A DNA stretch of 64,000 nucleotides from an uncultured Clostridia bacterium (GTDB lineage Bacteria > Bacillota > Clostridia > TANB77 > CAG-508): positions 53,604 through 117,603 of the forward strand of contig CANPZF010000001.1 of NCBI GenBank assembly GCA_947589015.1. Reading direction: 5' to 3'. The translations under genes and the position numbers were made by a program. Below, piece by piece: positions 9,557 through 19,945 of this stretch (positions within the stretch are counted from its first letter, which is position 1; each line of letters begins with the position of its first letter). The notes under the pieces were generated by a model. It was not told the DNA's origin and did no database searches. It saw nothing but the letters and a program-made list of their open reading frames with translations.

Positions 9557-11380
9557 ATGGCTCAAAGTAATATAGATATATTATATGAAAAGTTAGCACA
9601 AATACCTATTACAAATAAAAATAAAAAAGAAATAGAAGAAATAAAAAAAGCTTTGGATGCACGAGATTTAAAGAAAGTTATTGAAAAAATAAAAAAATTA
9701 AATGTAGAAGATGATGAAGAAAATAATGAAACAGAAAAAGAAGAAACACAAAATGAACAACAATTAAATAAAGAGAATGAAAATAAAGAGCAACAAAATG
9801 AAGAAAAAAACGGCGAAAATAAAACGACATTTACAAATACACGAAATAATAAAATAGAATCTAGATATCCAAAACAATTAAGTTTACCAGAATTAGAAGA
9901 AACGTATGTAGGATTATTGTTGTATAATCCTAAGTTAATTACAAAGTTTTACATAATATTCGAACAGTGTGCATTTGAAGATGATAAAATTTTAAATTTA
10001 TATAAAAGTGTATTATTTACAGAAGGTTCAAAATATGCATCAGAAGTTGCGAAGAGACATTTCAATTTTAGTAAAGCAACACATGAATCAAATATATTAA
10101 AAGAAGAATTAAAGAAAAAAGTTTCTCTAAAAAAATATGACATGGAAAAAATATATGTAGAGTTAAGAAAATTGTTTTTATTAAGACAAAATTACGAAAG
10201 AACACCTATAAAAGAAACTCAAGATAAGATTATGGAAATAACAAATTATGAATTGTATAATCAAATGTCAATAGAAGAAGTAGAAAGTGCTATAAACCAA
10301 GTAAATGTAACTGGAAAATTTAAGCAAGCAATATTAAATCAAAACCTAACAAACTTTTTAGAAGATGGAGCTAATAATTTAACAGAAGGATTACAATTTC
10401 CATTTCCAATATTATCAGGTGTATTTAAAGGAATGAGAAAGGGAGAAACTATGGCATATGCAATGCCATCCAATGCAGGAAAAAGTAGGTTCACAATAAA
10501 TATGGCTGCAAATGTTGCCTTTGTACATAAAAAGAAAGTATTAATTATTTCAAATGAAATGTCAGAAGAAAAAATGAAATTGTGCTTAATTACTACTATT
10601 TTAAACAATCCAGAAATTCAAAAACTTCATGGTGAAAAGTTAGAAAAAACAGAAGGAGAATTACTAGAATTTAAATTTAGACCAGATTCGACAAAAAATG
10701 TAGAAATAGATGAAGATGGTTTTGTAATAAAAAAAGAAAATGAATCGCAGAAACAATTTGTAGAAAGACTTTCAAGAATATCTACAGAATTTAATAAAAC
10801 AATAGCAATTACTAATTGGGTTAATAATGAAATAAATAATTCAATATACTTTGTAAATATTACAGATCACACAAATGAGGAACTACAAAAGGTTATTATA
10901 AATTATTATTATAAAGAAAAAATTGAATATATTTTTTATGATACATTAAAAACTGATACAGCAAATATTGGAATAGGAGAAGAATTAAAAAAGACAACAA
11001 CAATACTTTCAAATATAGCACAAAACTTTGAAGTTTTTATATTTGCAACATTACAATTAACAGAAAGTGCAACATTACCAATTAATTTAACAATCAATGA
11101 TTTAGCAGTAAGTAGAACTGTAAAAGAAGTATTAGATACATTGTGTCTAGTAAAACAAATTAATAATGATAATTTAAGTGACTATGAGTATTCTTTAAAA
11201 GAAGTAGATACGACATTTTATGACTTGAAAAAATATAAGAATCCAGATGTTAGATATTATGCTTGTGTAGTAGATAAAAATAGAGCTGGTGCTAAACCCA
11301 AAGTATTATTTAGATTAAATTTAGCTTATAACAGATGGGAAGAACTAGGATATTTAAGGCTAAAGCAACAAAAAAAATAA
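9557..11380 (+). CDS. Divergent DnaB-like helicase-domain protein
   Basis: Walker A-like AMPSNAGKS, ISNEMS, YDTLK, ATLQL, VDKNRAG in DnaB order; acidic N-terminal linker. Confidence 0.65.
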   Translation: MAQSNIDILYEKLAQIPITNKNKKEIEEIKKALDARDLKKVIEKIKKLNVEDDEENNETEKEETQNEQQLNKENENKEQQNEEKNGENKTTFTNTRNNKIESRYPKQLSLPELEETYVGLLLYNPKLITKFYIIFEQCAFEDDKILNLYKSVLFTEGSKYASEVAKRHFNFSKATHESNILKEELKKKVSLKKYDMEKIYVELRKLFLLRQNYERTPIKETQDKIMEITNYELYNQMSIEEVESAINQVNVTGKFKQAILNQNLTNFLEDGANNLTEGLQFPFPILSGVFKGMRKGETMAYAMPSNAGKSRFTINMAANVAFVHKKKVLIISNEMSEEKMKLCLITTILNNPEIQKLHGEKLEKTEGELLEFKFRPDSTKNVEIDEDGFVIKKENESQKQFVERLSRISTEFNKTIAITNWVNNEINNSIYFVNITDHTNEELQKVIINYYYKEKIEYIFYDTLKTDTANIGIGEELKKTTTILSNIAQNFEVFIFATLQLTESATLPINLTINDLAVSRTVKEVLDTLCLVKQINNDNLSDYEYSLKEVDTTFYDLKKYKNPDVRYYACVVDKNRAGAKPKVLFRLNLAYNRWEELGYLRLKQQKK

Positions 11381-11428
11381 AATGATTATTTAAACAAAAA
11401 TAAAAAGTATATAGGAGTAAAAATGTAA

Positions 11429-12343
11429 ATGTGGGAAAGAAAAGACTTAAAATCTAAAGCCAAAAAAGTAGTTAAAAAAAATTATTGGACGGCAGTAGTG
11501 GTATGTTTTTTAATAGCTTTGTTTACAGGAGAATTTGGGACTTCTATTTTAGGAATATGGCAGTCAGATGATTCAGTAATACCAAATTATATAGAAATAA
11601 AAGAAAATAGAGAAAAACCAATGATTATAAAAAATAATGATAATACTATAGAATTTATAACTAAAGAAGGAATAAAGAAAACATTAGATGAAAATCAAGT
11701 AAAATTAATAGAATCTATAAATGCAAATTTAAATAGTTTAACCAAAACTCAAAAATATATATTTAAAATATGGGATGCTATAGTATCATTCAATATGAAT
11801 AAAATAGGGATAGGAGTGACATTAAGTATAGCTGCATTGATAGCTTTTGGATTTACAATATTGATTGCAGATCCACTAATAGTTGGGGGAAAGCGATATT
11901 TCATAAAAGCGAAGAACAATAGTAATGCAAAAGTAGACATAATGGTAGAAGTCTTTAAAAACAAAAACTGGCTTAATGTTGCTGTAATAATGTTTTTAAG
12001 AAATGTATATAATGCCTTGTGGTATTTAACAATAATAGGTGGTGTAATAAAAACATATGAATATAGAATGATTCCATATATATTAGCAGATAATCCCAAA
12101 ATAAAAAGAAAAGAAGTATTTGAACTTTCAAAACAAATGATGAAGGGAAATAAATGGAAAACTTTTATATTAGATATATCATTTTTTGGATGGAATATTT
12201 TATCTGTTTTAACCTATGGACTGTTAAGTATATTATATGTTAATCCATATAATATGGCAACTATAACAGAATTATATTGTGAACTAAAAAAACATGCTAT
12301 AGATAATAAATATGAATATTATGAGAGTTTAAAACAAATATAA
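11429..12343 (+). CDS. DUF975-family membrane protein
   Basis: MWERKDLK..AK start; IIGGVIKTYEYRMIPYILADNP..S..MMKGNKWK; YVNPY. Confidence 0.75.
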   Translation: MWERKDLKSKAKKVVKKNYWTAVVVCFLIALFTGEFGTSILGIWQSDDSVIPNYIEIKENREKPMIIKNNDNTIEFITKEGIKKTLDENQVKLIESINANLNSLTKTQKYIFKIWDAIVSFNMNKIGIGVTLSIAALIAFGFTILIADPLIVGGKRYFIKAKNNSNAKVDIMVEVFKNKNWLNVAVIMFLRNVYNALWYLTIIGGVIKTYEYRMIPYILADNPKIKRKEVFELSKQMMKGNKWKTFILDISFFGWNILSVLTYGLLSILYVNPYNMATITELYCELKKHAIDNKYEYYESLKQI

Positions 12344-12544
12344 TAATAAATAATGGTAGTAATGTAAAAATTACTACTATTTTTTTGCAGAATAAAAAAT
12401 ATCAAAAATAAATGAATCGAATATTGTTGAATTATGAAATAAAAAATAGAAACATATAAGTATATGGAAAATTATATAGAAATATTGAAGATTTTGCGAT
12501 GAAAAAAACTTGCAAACATAAAGTATCAGTAGTATTATAAAAAA

Positions 12545-12892
12545 GTGCAAAAGAAAAAGGGGGATATAGTTTTGAAAATTTTTTTTGGAGGTACATTTAT
12601 AAATAAAGAAGATTTAGAGGAGGTGAAAATAAAACATCCTATAAAATTAGAATATTATAAAAGGATAAATGAAGAGGAATTTATAAAAAATGATAAAGCA
12701 AAATATGGTATAAGTGTAATAAAAACAGAGTATATATCAAGTAATACAAAAGTCGAAAATAAAGATATACCATATGTTACGAATGATGAAAGAAAAATAG
12801 ATAAAATTTTAAAAATATTTAAAGATAATATAGTAACTCCGATTGCGGTAGAAGATATAATATCAGATTTTTCAAAAGAATATTTAATTTAA
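12545..12892 (+). CDS. Small conserved protein upstream of topA (DUF6514-like); start may be TTG 12572
   Basis: ORF track; YGISVIK and IVTPIAVEDII pattern. Confidence 0.55.
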   Translation: MQKKKGDIVLKIFFGGTFINKEDLEEVKIKHPIKLEYYKRINEEEFIKNDKAKYGISVIKTEYISSNTKVENKDIPYVTNDERKIDKILKIFKDNIVTPIAVEDIISDFSKEYLI

Positions 12893-12972
12893 AGTGCAAA
12901 AGACTTGAAAAATAAAAGAATATGTTCTAGAATACTATAAGTGAAATAAAAATGGCAAAAAAGGAGGTAAGT

Positions 12973-15051
12973 ATGGCAGAAAAACTTATTATAGTTGAAT
13001 CACCAGCAAAGGCAAATACTATAAAGAAATTTTTAGGAGGCAGTACAAAGGTAGTAGCTTCAATGGGCCATATAAGAGATTTACCAAAATCAAAACTAGG
13101 AGTAGATGTAGAACATGACTTTGAACCTGAATACATTAATATCAGAGGAAAGGGAGATTTGATAAAATCTTTAAAAAAAGATGCAAAAGAAGCAAAAAAA
13201 ATATATATTGCAACTGACCCTGATCGTGAAGGAGAAGCAATAGCCTGGCATTTAGCAACGATATTAAATGAAGAAAAAGATAAAATTACAAGAGTAACAT
13301 TTAATGAAATTACTAAGACAGCTGTGCAAAAAGCTATAAAAGAACCAAGAGATATAGACAATGATTTAGTAGATGCACAACAAGCTAGGCGTGTATTAGA
13401 TAGAATAGTAGGGTATAAAATGAGTCCTGTTTTATGGAAAAAAGTAAGAAGAGGACTATCAGCAGGAAGAGTACAATCTGTAGCTGTTAAGCTAATTGTA
13501 GATAGAGAAAATGAAATAGAAAAATTTATACCAGAAGAATATTGGAATATATATGCGAATCTAGAAAATAAAGAAAGTAGAAAGGTATTTCAAGCGCATT
13601 TCTTTGGGAAAAATGGAAAGAAAATAGAAATTCATAAAGAGGAAGAAGTAACTGAAATAATAAAAAGTATAGAGAAAGCAAAATATATTGTTGCAGATGT
13701 AAAAAAAGGTGAAAAAAAGAGAACACCAGCACCACCTTTTACTACTAGTACAATGCAACAAGAAGCATCTAGAAAATTAGGTTTTACATTAAAGAAGACC
13801 ATGTCTGTGGCACAGGGGTTATATGAAGGAGTTAAAATACCTGAAAAGGGAACAGTAGGTTTAATTACATATATGAGAACAGATTCAACAAGAATTTCAG
13901 AAGAAGCAAGAAAAGCAGCACACGAACATATATTGAAAACATATGGAGAAAGCTATTATGAAAATAGGTATTATAAAACAAGCAAAGACTCTCAGGACGC
14001 ACATGAAGGTATAAGGCCTACTTATGCAGATATAGAACCTGATTCAATAAAAGATGTATTAAGTAAAGATCAATACAAATTATATAGATTAATTTATAAT
14101 AGATTTATGGCAAGTCAAATGTCTGCTGCAATATATGATACTATTTCAGTAAATATTAAAGCTAATGAATATGATTTTAAAGCAAATGGGCAAAATTTAA
14201 AATTTAAAGGATTTATGGTATTATATGTAGAAGGAACAGATGAGAAAGAAAAAGAAGAAGAGGGAATGCTACCTGATTTAAAAGTAAATCAAGAGGTGAA
14301 ATTAAAAAAATTAGAAACAAAACAAAGTTTTACAGAACCACCTCCAAGATACACAGAAGCAAGTCTGGTAAAAGCATTGGAAGAGAAGGGAATAGGTAGG
14401 CCAAGTACTTATTCTCCAACAATAACTACTATATTGGAAAGAAGATATATAGAAAAAGTACAAAAACAGTTAATTCCAACAGAATTAGGAAAAATAGTTA
14501 ATAAATTATTAACAGAAAACTTTACAGATGTTATAAATGTCGAATTCACAGCAAAGATCGAAAATGAATTTGATGAGATAGCTGAAGGAAAAGAAGAATG
14601 GAAAAAAATGATTAGAGAATTCTATGGACCATTTGAAGTTGAAATTCAGAAAGTAGAAAAAGAACTAGAACATGTGGAGTTAGTAGATGAAGTATCTGAT
14701 GTACAATGTGAAAAATGTGGAAGGATGATGGTATATAAATTTGGAAAGTATGGGAAATTTTTAGCATGTCCTGGTTATCCAGAATGCAAAAATGCTAAAC
14801 CAATTATAGAGACAATAGATGTACCATGTCCTAAATGTGGAGGAGTTGTACAGGTTAGAAAAACTAAAAGAAGAAGAAATTATTATATTTGCGAAAATAA
14901 TCCTAATTCTTGTGATTATATTTCATGGAATAAACCTAAAGTTGGAGAGGTATGGAATCCAGAAGAAGCAGAAAATATAAAAAAAGAAACGACTAAAAAA
15001 GTTAGAAAAAAAACCAAAAGTAAAACTAGTAGTAAAAAAACAAAAAAATAA
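12973..15051 (+). CDS. topA: DNA topoisomerase I
   Basis: IIVESPAKA, ATDPDREGEAIAWH, GLITYMRTDS, C-terminal zinc ribbons; AAGGAGG RBS before ATG 12973. Confidence 0.97.
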   Translation: MAEKLIIVESPAKANTIKKFLGGSTKVVASMGHIRDLPKSKLGVDVEHDFEPEYINIRGKGDLIKSLKKDAKEAKKIYIATDPDREGEAIAWHLATILNEEKDKITRVTFNEITKTAVQKAIKEPRDIDNDLVDAQQARRVLDRIVGYKMSPVLWKKVRRGLSAGRVQSVAVKLIVDRENEIEKFIPEEYWNIYANLENKESRKVFQAHFFGKNGKKIEIHKEEEVTEIIKSIEKAKYIVADVKKGEKKRTPAPPFTTSTMQQEASRKLGFTLKKTMSVAQGLYEGVKIPEKGTVGLITYMRTDSTRISEEARKAAHEHILKTYGESYYENRYYKTSKDSQDAHEGIRPTYADIEPDSIKDVLSKDQYKLYRLIYNRFMASQMSAAIYDTISVNIKANEYDFKANGQNLKFKGFMVLYVEGTDEKEKEEEGMLPDLKVNQEVKLKKLETKQSFTEPPPRYTEASLVKALEEKGIGRPSTYSPTITTILERRYIEKVQKQLIPTELGKIVNKLLTENFTDVINVEFTAKIENEFDEIAEGKEEWKKMIREFYGPFEVEIQKVEKELEHVELVDEVSDVQCEKCGRMMVYKFGKYGKFLACPGYPECKNAKPIIETIDVPCPKCGGVVQVRKTKRRRNYYICENNPNSCDYISWNKPKVGEVWNPEEAENIKKETTKKVRKKTKSKTSSKKTKK

Positions 15052-15222
15052 TAATTTTTAAACAGTTGATATATTAATATTGGAGTTAAACTATAATAGA
15101 ATATTTTGATTTAGTTTAATTTTCAAAGTATTAAAATATCAACTTTTAAAATTTATTTTGATAAATAGTTGAAAAGAAAATAATAAATATGATATAATTT
15201 AAAAAATTATAATATAGGTGTA

Positions 15223-15489
15223 TTAATCTATGTCTTTTTTATCTTCTGAAGAATCTACAATATCTTTAAACATAGGATCATTAAAAAAATCCATTAAGTT
15301 AGTATCAAGACCTTCAATAAGATGGAGCAATGTTGGCAAACGAGGAAGATTATTTGTTTTAGCTCCTAACAAAGCATTAATAGTAGATTTTGGAACACCA
15401 GTTGTCTTGTATAAATCCCATAAAGAAGATAAGCCTTTTTTGTGAAGAAAATATTCAATTCTAATTATAATAGCTTCCTTAAGTAGCAT
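15223..15489 (-). CDS. XRE-family helix-turn-helix protein
   Basis: LYKTTGVPKSTINALL...PRLPTLLHLIEGL...DFF. Confidence 0.7.
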   Translation of the reverse strand: MLLKEAIIIRIEYFLHKKGLSSLWDLYKTTGVPKSTINALLGAKTNNLPRLPTLLHLIEGLDTNLMDFFNDPMFKDIVDSSEDKKDID

Positions 15490-15734
15490 AGAATCACCTT
15501 TTAATAAAATGTTATATATAGTATAACAATTTTTTTTATCATAATAGGCTACAAATATAGCCTAAGCAAAAACATATTAAGGCAACGAAAAAAGAATATT
15601 GCATTTTACATTAGGTATAATTGCATTAGTTGTATTATTTCCATTGATGACAATTATATACATTAAGAACTATGACAAATTTAAATAAAGGTAGTGAATT
15701 TGTAAAAAATTTTTAAAGAAATGAGGAGAAAGAA

Positions 15735-16388
15735 ATGTCTAATAAAGTAGTAATAATAGGAGCAGGAGGTCATGCAAAAGTTGTAGCAGATATCATTGAA
15801 AAATCTGGAGATATTGTTTATGGATTTTTAGATGATGGAATTGAAGTCGGTACAATTATTGCTAATAATGAAAAATGGAAAGTTATAGGAAAATCAGAAA
15901 TGAGATTTGAACTATCAAGAAAGCACAAAAATTTAAAATTTATTATTGCAATAGGAAATAATAAAGTGAGGAAAAAAATAGCAAACGATGAAGATAATAA
16001 CATAAAATATTATACAGCAATACATCCTTCAGCTAATATAGGAATTGGAACATCAATAGGAGAAGGTACAGTAATAATGGCAAATTCATGTATAAATTCA
16101 TCTGCTAAAGTAGGAAAACATTGTATAATAAATACAGGTGCAATTATAGAGCATGATAATATAATAGAAGATTTTGTACATATTTCTCCTAATGCGACAT
16201 TGTGTGGAACTGTAAGAATAGGAACACTTACACATGTTGGAGCAGGAGCAACAATTAAAAATAATACAGAAGTAGAAGAAAATAGTATTATAGGAGCGGG
16301 GGCAGTGGTGGTAAAAAATATAGAACAAGAAGGAACATATATTGGAGTTCCAGCTCAAATAAAAACAAAAATAAATTCTAAAAATTAA
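15735..16388 (+). CDS. NeuD/PglD-like sugar O-acetyltransferase
   Basis: IIGAGGHAKVV, AIGNNKVR, IHPSA, hexapeptide repeats, GVPA. Confidence 0.88.
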   Translation: MSNKVVIIGAGGHAKVVADIIEKSGDIVYGFLDDGIEVGTIIANNEKWKVIGKSEMRFELSRKHKNLKFIIAIGNNKVRKKIANDEDNNIKYYTAIHPSANIGIGTSIGEGTVIMANSCINSSAKVGKHCIINTGAIIEHDNIIEDFVHISPNATLCGTVRIGTLTHVGAGATIKNNTEVEENSIIGAGAVVVKNIEQEGTYIGVPAQIKTKINSKN

Positions 16389-16390
16389 AT

Positions 16391-16438
16391 AAAAAATAAT
16401 AAAGCAAGAAGACTTAATTTCTTGCTTTATTATTTTTT
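16391..16438. terminator. Bidirectional terminator
   Basis: 20-bp stem aaaaaataataaagcaagaa / ttcttgctttattatttttt between convergent genes. Confidence 0.75.
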
Positions 16439-18811
16439 CTAATTGATAGGTGCATAGCATGGTTCAAATGTTTTATCAGAATCTCTCCATGTTACATGTA
16501 ATGTTAATCCATCGTCTGAAAGTTTTGTATTATCCACTTTTTGTTTTTGACCATTTTCATATACATACCAGCCTACAAATTTATATCCATCTCTTGGTTC
16601 TGGTGCTTTTTGGTAGAAGTCTGATACATTAGAACGCAATGTAGTAATCCATTTTGATTGTGAATTTTTTGCCATAAAAGTATCAACTACAAAAGAAAAT
16701 CTCCATATATAACCTGATTTTCCAATGTGATGTTCTAGATTACAATCTGAACAAATATAATCATTTACTTGATCTCCCTTAGGATTTAATATCCAAGTGT
16801 GACCTTTTCCATAAGAATATGTGTCCTTATAAGTATTAGTGTATTCACATTCAGTACATTTTTCTTCAACTGTAGCACCTGTACATGTAATTTCAGTAAT
16901 TGTCTTTGTTATAGAATGGTGACCATTAGAAGGAATTGTTTTTCCTTCTTCTACATAAGAACATCTAGTACATTTTTTACTTGCTGTTTTTCCCTCTTTT
17001 ATACAAGTAGCAGCAATAGCGTCATTTTGAATCTCCAATTTATGTTGTTTTGAATTTTCTTTCACACGAGTACTTGTTTCACTGCAACGATCACATGTAG
17101 AAGTTTCTGTACCATCTTTAGTACAAGTTTCATCATTATTATATATATAATTTGTAAAAGAATGTCCTAAAGCAGGTGATTCAGTTGATAATACATTCTG
17201 TGCATTACATTTTGTACAAACTCTATAAGTCATTTTAGGTTGAGTACAAGTTTGTTCTGAATGATGTTCTTCTGACCAAATGTGTCCAGTTGGTTCAAGA
17301 ATAGTTTTACTTCCAGGTTTAATATCATTGCATCCTTCTCTAGTACAGTGTATAGATCTCTGACCTTCTTCTGTACAAGTAGGTTCTTTATCAGTAGTAT
17401 ATTCGTTTGAATAAGTGTGACCTAAAGGTGGTACTAAACCATATACGTTGCCACAAACTGTACATTTCCTGTAATTATTGTATCCCCATGTTGTACATGT
17501 AGCAGGAGAATCCTTGCTTGGGTCGCTTACTAAAGTTGAACCACATTCATTAATTACTTCAGTTTCTTTTTCTCCACAAATTGTACAAGTTCTAACTCTT
17601 TCACCTTTCTTTAAGCATGTAGCAGGTATAGTAGTTTGCCATTCAGAAAACTTATGTTGTGTGTGTTCTTCTGGATTTTCAGGATCTGGATTATCATTGT
17701 TATTAATTGGAACTATAATGATTTCTAGAGCTTCAATTTGTTTAGCTCTACCAGTAGTTCCAGCAAAATTCAATGTGTTAGAGTTAACAGAAGTTTCAGC
17801 GGTAACCCAATCCATCCATCCAATATCTTCAACATGTGTACGATATTTTAATTCATAATTTTCAAGATTTTCTACAACTATTTGTATAGCTTCCATTGGC
17901 TTAGCTTTACCAGTAGTTCCAGCAAAAGCTGTACCCACTTTATTATCAGCAGTAACCCAATCCATCCAACCAATATCCTGAACATGTGCACGATATTTTA
18001 ATGTTAATCCTACAGGAGCATTTATTTCTAAAGCTTCCATTTGTTTAGCTTTACCAGTTGTACCTACAAAGTTATTTGATGTAGGTGTTGATACATTTAG
18101 TTCTGATTCATTACCTGCAGGTTTCAAAGTATTTTCCCAACCGTAATCTTCAATATGAGCTCTGTATTGTAATCCAGAAGTAGTCGTTCCAGGATTACTA
18201 CTTTCACCAACAGGAACTATAATAATTTGTAAAGCCTCCATTTGTTTGGCTTCACCAGTTGTACCAGCAAATTGATTTTTTAATGTTGAAGCATTAAGAG
18301 AATTTTCAGCAGAAACCCAATTCATCCAGCCATAATCTTGAACGTGTGCACGATATTTTACTTGATAACCTTCAAGACCAGTTACAACAATTTGAATACC
18401 TTCTATTCTCTTAGCTTCACCAGTTGTACCAGCATAGGTTAATGATGTTACATTATCAGAATTTTCTGCAGCAACCCAACCCATCCAACCATAATCTTGA
18501 ACGTGCGCTCGGTAATTTAGTTCAACTCCTTCAGGTGCCTTAACACTTATTTGCAAAGCTTCCATTTGTTTAGCCTTACCAGTTGTACCTGCATAATTAT
18601 CAGAAGATGGATTAGATATATTTAATTGATTCTCATCACCTGCTTTTTTATATGCATTATCCCAAGAATAATCTTGAACATGTGCACGATATGTTATTAC
18701 AGGTCTGGTTGTAGTTGAGCTAGCTTGTACATTTGACGGTATGTACATAACTGAAAACATCAAACCAAATGCTATGCTTAAAGGTATACTTTTAAGCAAT
18801 GATTTTTTCAT
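16439..18811 (-). CDS. Secreted surface protein with six ChW-type modules, Cys/His-rich repeats and a C-terminal InlB-B-repeat-like segment
   Basis: Signal peptide; repeated YRAHVQDYGW..W...AGTTGxAKxxEAL; repeated H...PTCT..G; GYKFVGWY near end. Confidence 0.8.
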   Translation of the reverse strand: MKKSLLKSIPLSIAFGLMFSVMYIPSNVQASSTTTRPVITYRAHVQDYSWDNAYKKAGDENQLNISNPSSDNYAGTTGKAKQMEALQISVKAPEGVELNYRAHVQDYGWMGWVAAENSDNVTSLTYAGTTGEAKRIEGIQIVVTGLEGYQVKYRAHVQDYGWMNWVSAENSLNASTLKNQFAGTTGEAKQMEALQIIIVPVGESSNPGTTTSGLQYRAHIEDYGWENTLKPAGNESELNVSTPTSNNFVGTTGKAKQMEALEINAPVGLTLKYRAHVQDIGWMDWVTADNKVGTAFAGTTGKAKPMEAIQIVVENLENYELKYRTHVEDIGWMDWVTAETSVNSNTLNFAGTTGRAKQIEALEIIIVPINNNDNPDPENPEEHTQHKFSEWQTTIPATCLKKGERVRTCTICGEKETEVINECGSTLVSDPSKDSPATCTTWGYNNYRKCTVCGNVYGLVPPLGHTYSNEYTTDKEPTCTEEGQRSIHCTREGCNDIKPGSKTILEPTGHIWSEEHHSEQTCTQPKMTYRVCTKCNAQNVLSTESPALGHSFTNYIYNNDETCTKDGTETSTCDRCSETSTRVKENSKQHKLEIQNDAIAATCIKEGKTASKKCTRCSYVEEGKTIPSNGHHSITKTITEITCTGATVEEKCTECEYTNTYKDTYSYGKGHTWILNPKGDQVNDYICSDCNLEHHIGKSGYIWRFSFVVDTFMAKNSQSKWITTLRSNVSDFYQKAPEPRDGYKFVGWYVYENGQKQKVDNTKLSDDGLTLHVTWRDSDKTFEPCYAPIN

Positions 18812-19024
18812 AAAAACTTCCCTCCTTTTAATATTATATATATGCTATTATAACATTTATATGTGAATTATTCAATGAGTTAGATTTGGTAAATTTTACT
18901 AATAATATAATATAATTTAATTTAATTTTATATAACACAAAAACAATAAAACAGCAATAATTTCCTTGACAGTTTCTTTTTTTGCAAATATAATGTAGAC
19001 AAATAAATAAAAGGGGGGAAATCA

Positions 19025-19705
19025 ATGAAAAAATATGTATGTGAATTCATTGGAACAGCAGTACTTGTATTATTTGGTTGCGGAAGTGCTGCAATTGCTG
19101 GAGAAGCATTAGGAACATTAGGAATTGCTTTAGCATTTGGATTATCTATTGTAGCTATGGCATATGTTATAGGAAATATATCAGGATGTCATATTAATCC
19201 TGCTGTGTCATTAGCTATGCTAATTAATAAAAAAATGACAGTGAAGGATTTTATTTGTTATGTAATTGCACAAGTATTAGGAGCTGTATTAGGAATTGCA
19301 ATTTTATATTGTATTATGACTTGTAGCGGATTAGATATAGCAACACAAGGATTGGGTGCAAATGGATTCAATGAAGCTTCTAGTGTTAATTTAAATATGA
19401 TAGGAGCAATTCTAGTTGAAATTGTTCTTACATTTGTATTTATTTATACGATATTAGGAGTAACATCAGACGAAAATAAATCTTCTGTTGCAGGTATTGT
19501 TATAGGATTGACATTAGCTTTTGTACATATTATGGGAATTCCTTTAACAGGAACATCTGTAAATCCAGCTAGAAGTTTAGCTCCAGCTTTATTCTTAGGA
19601 GGAGAAGCTTTAAAACAAGTTTGGGTGTTTATTGTAGCACCATTTGTAGGTTCTGCAATAGCAGCTGTTGTATTTAAAGTTTTGAATAAAGAAGAAAAAG
19701 AATAA
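19025..19705 (+). CDS. aqpZ: MIP family aquaporin
   Basis: SGCHINPAVS and GTSVNPARS (two NPA motifs). Confidence 0.9.
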   Translation: MKKYVCEFIGTAVLVLFGCGSAAIAGEALGTLGIALAFGLSIVAMAYVIGNISGCHINPAVSLAMLINKKMTVKDFICYVIAQVLGAVLGIAILYCIMTCSGLDIATQGLGANGFNEASSVNLNMIGAILVEIVLTFVFIYTILGVTSDENKSSVAGIVIGLTLAFVHIMGIPLTGTSVNPARSLAPALFLGGEALKQVWVFIVAPFVGSAIAAVVFKVLNKEEKE

Positions 19706-19785
19706 ATATTTTTATGATAATAAATATATTGTAAAAATATAAAGGAAATCATTAAAAGATGAAGAAAGAAAAAACTTGCAACACT

Positions 19786-19854
19786 AAAAAATCGTAAAAG
19801 CATTGATATATCAACACTTTTACGATTTTTCTATGGAAGCACACTCCGGTTTGA
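19786..19854. mobile_element. att-like displaced tRNA 3' fragment plus hairpin, direct repeat of 22928-22982
   Basis: aaaaatcgtaaaagcattgatatatcaac..ttttacgattttt..atgga(a/g)gc occurs here and at the tRNA-Cys 3' end. Confidence 0.7.
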
Positions 19855-19945
19855 TGTTTTTATAAAGTTAGTAGTATCAATGCTTACAAGGCATAGAATG
19901 TAAAAATTAATGTAGTGTTAATGTAGTTTTTAAAAGTAAATTTTA

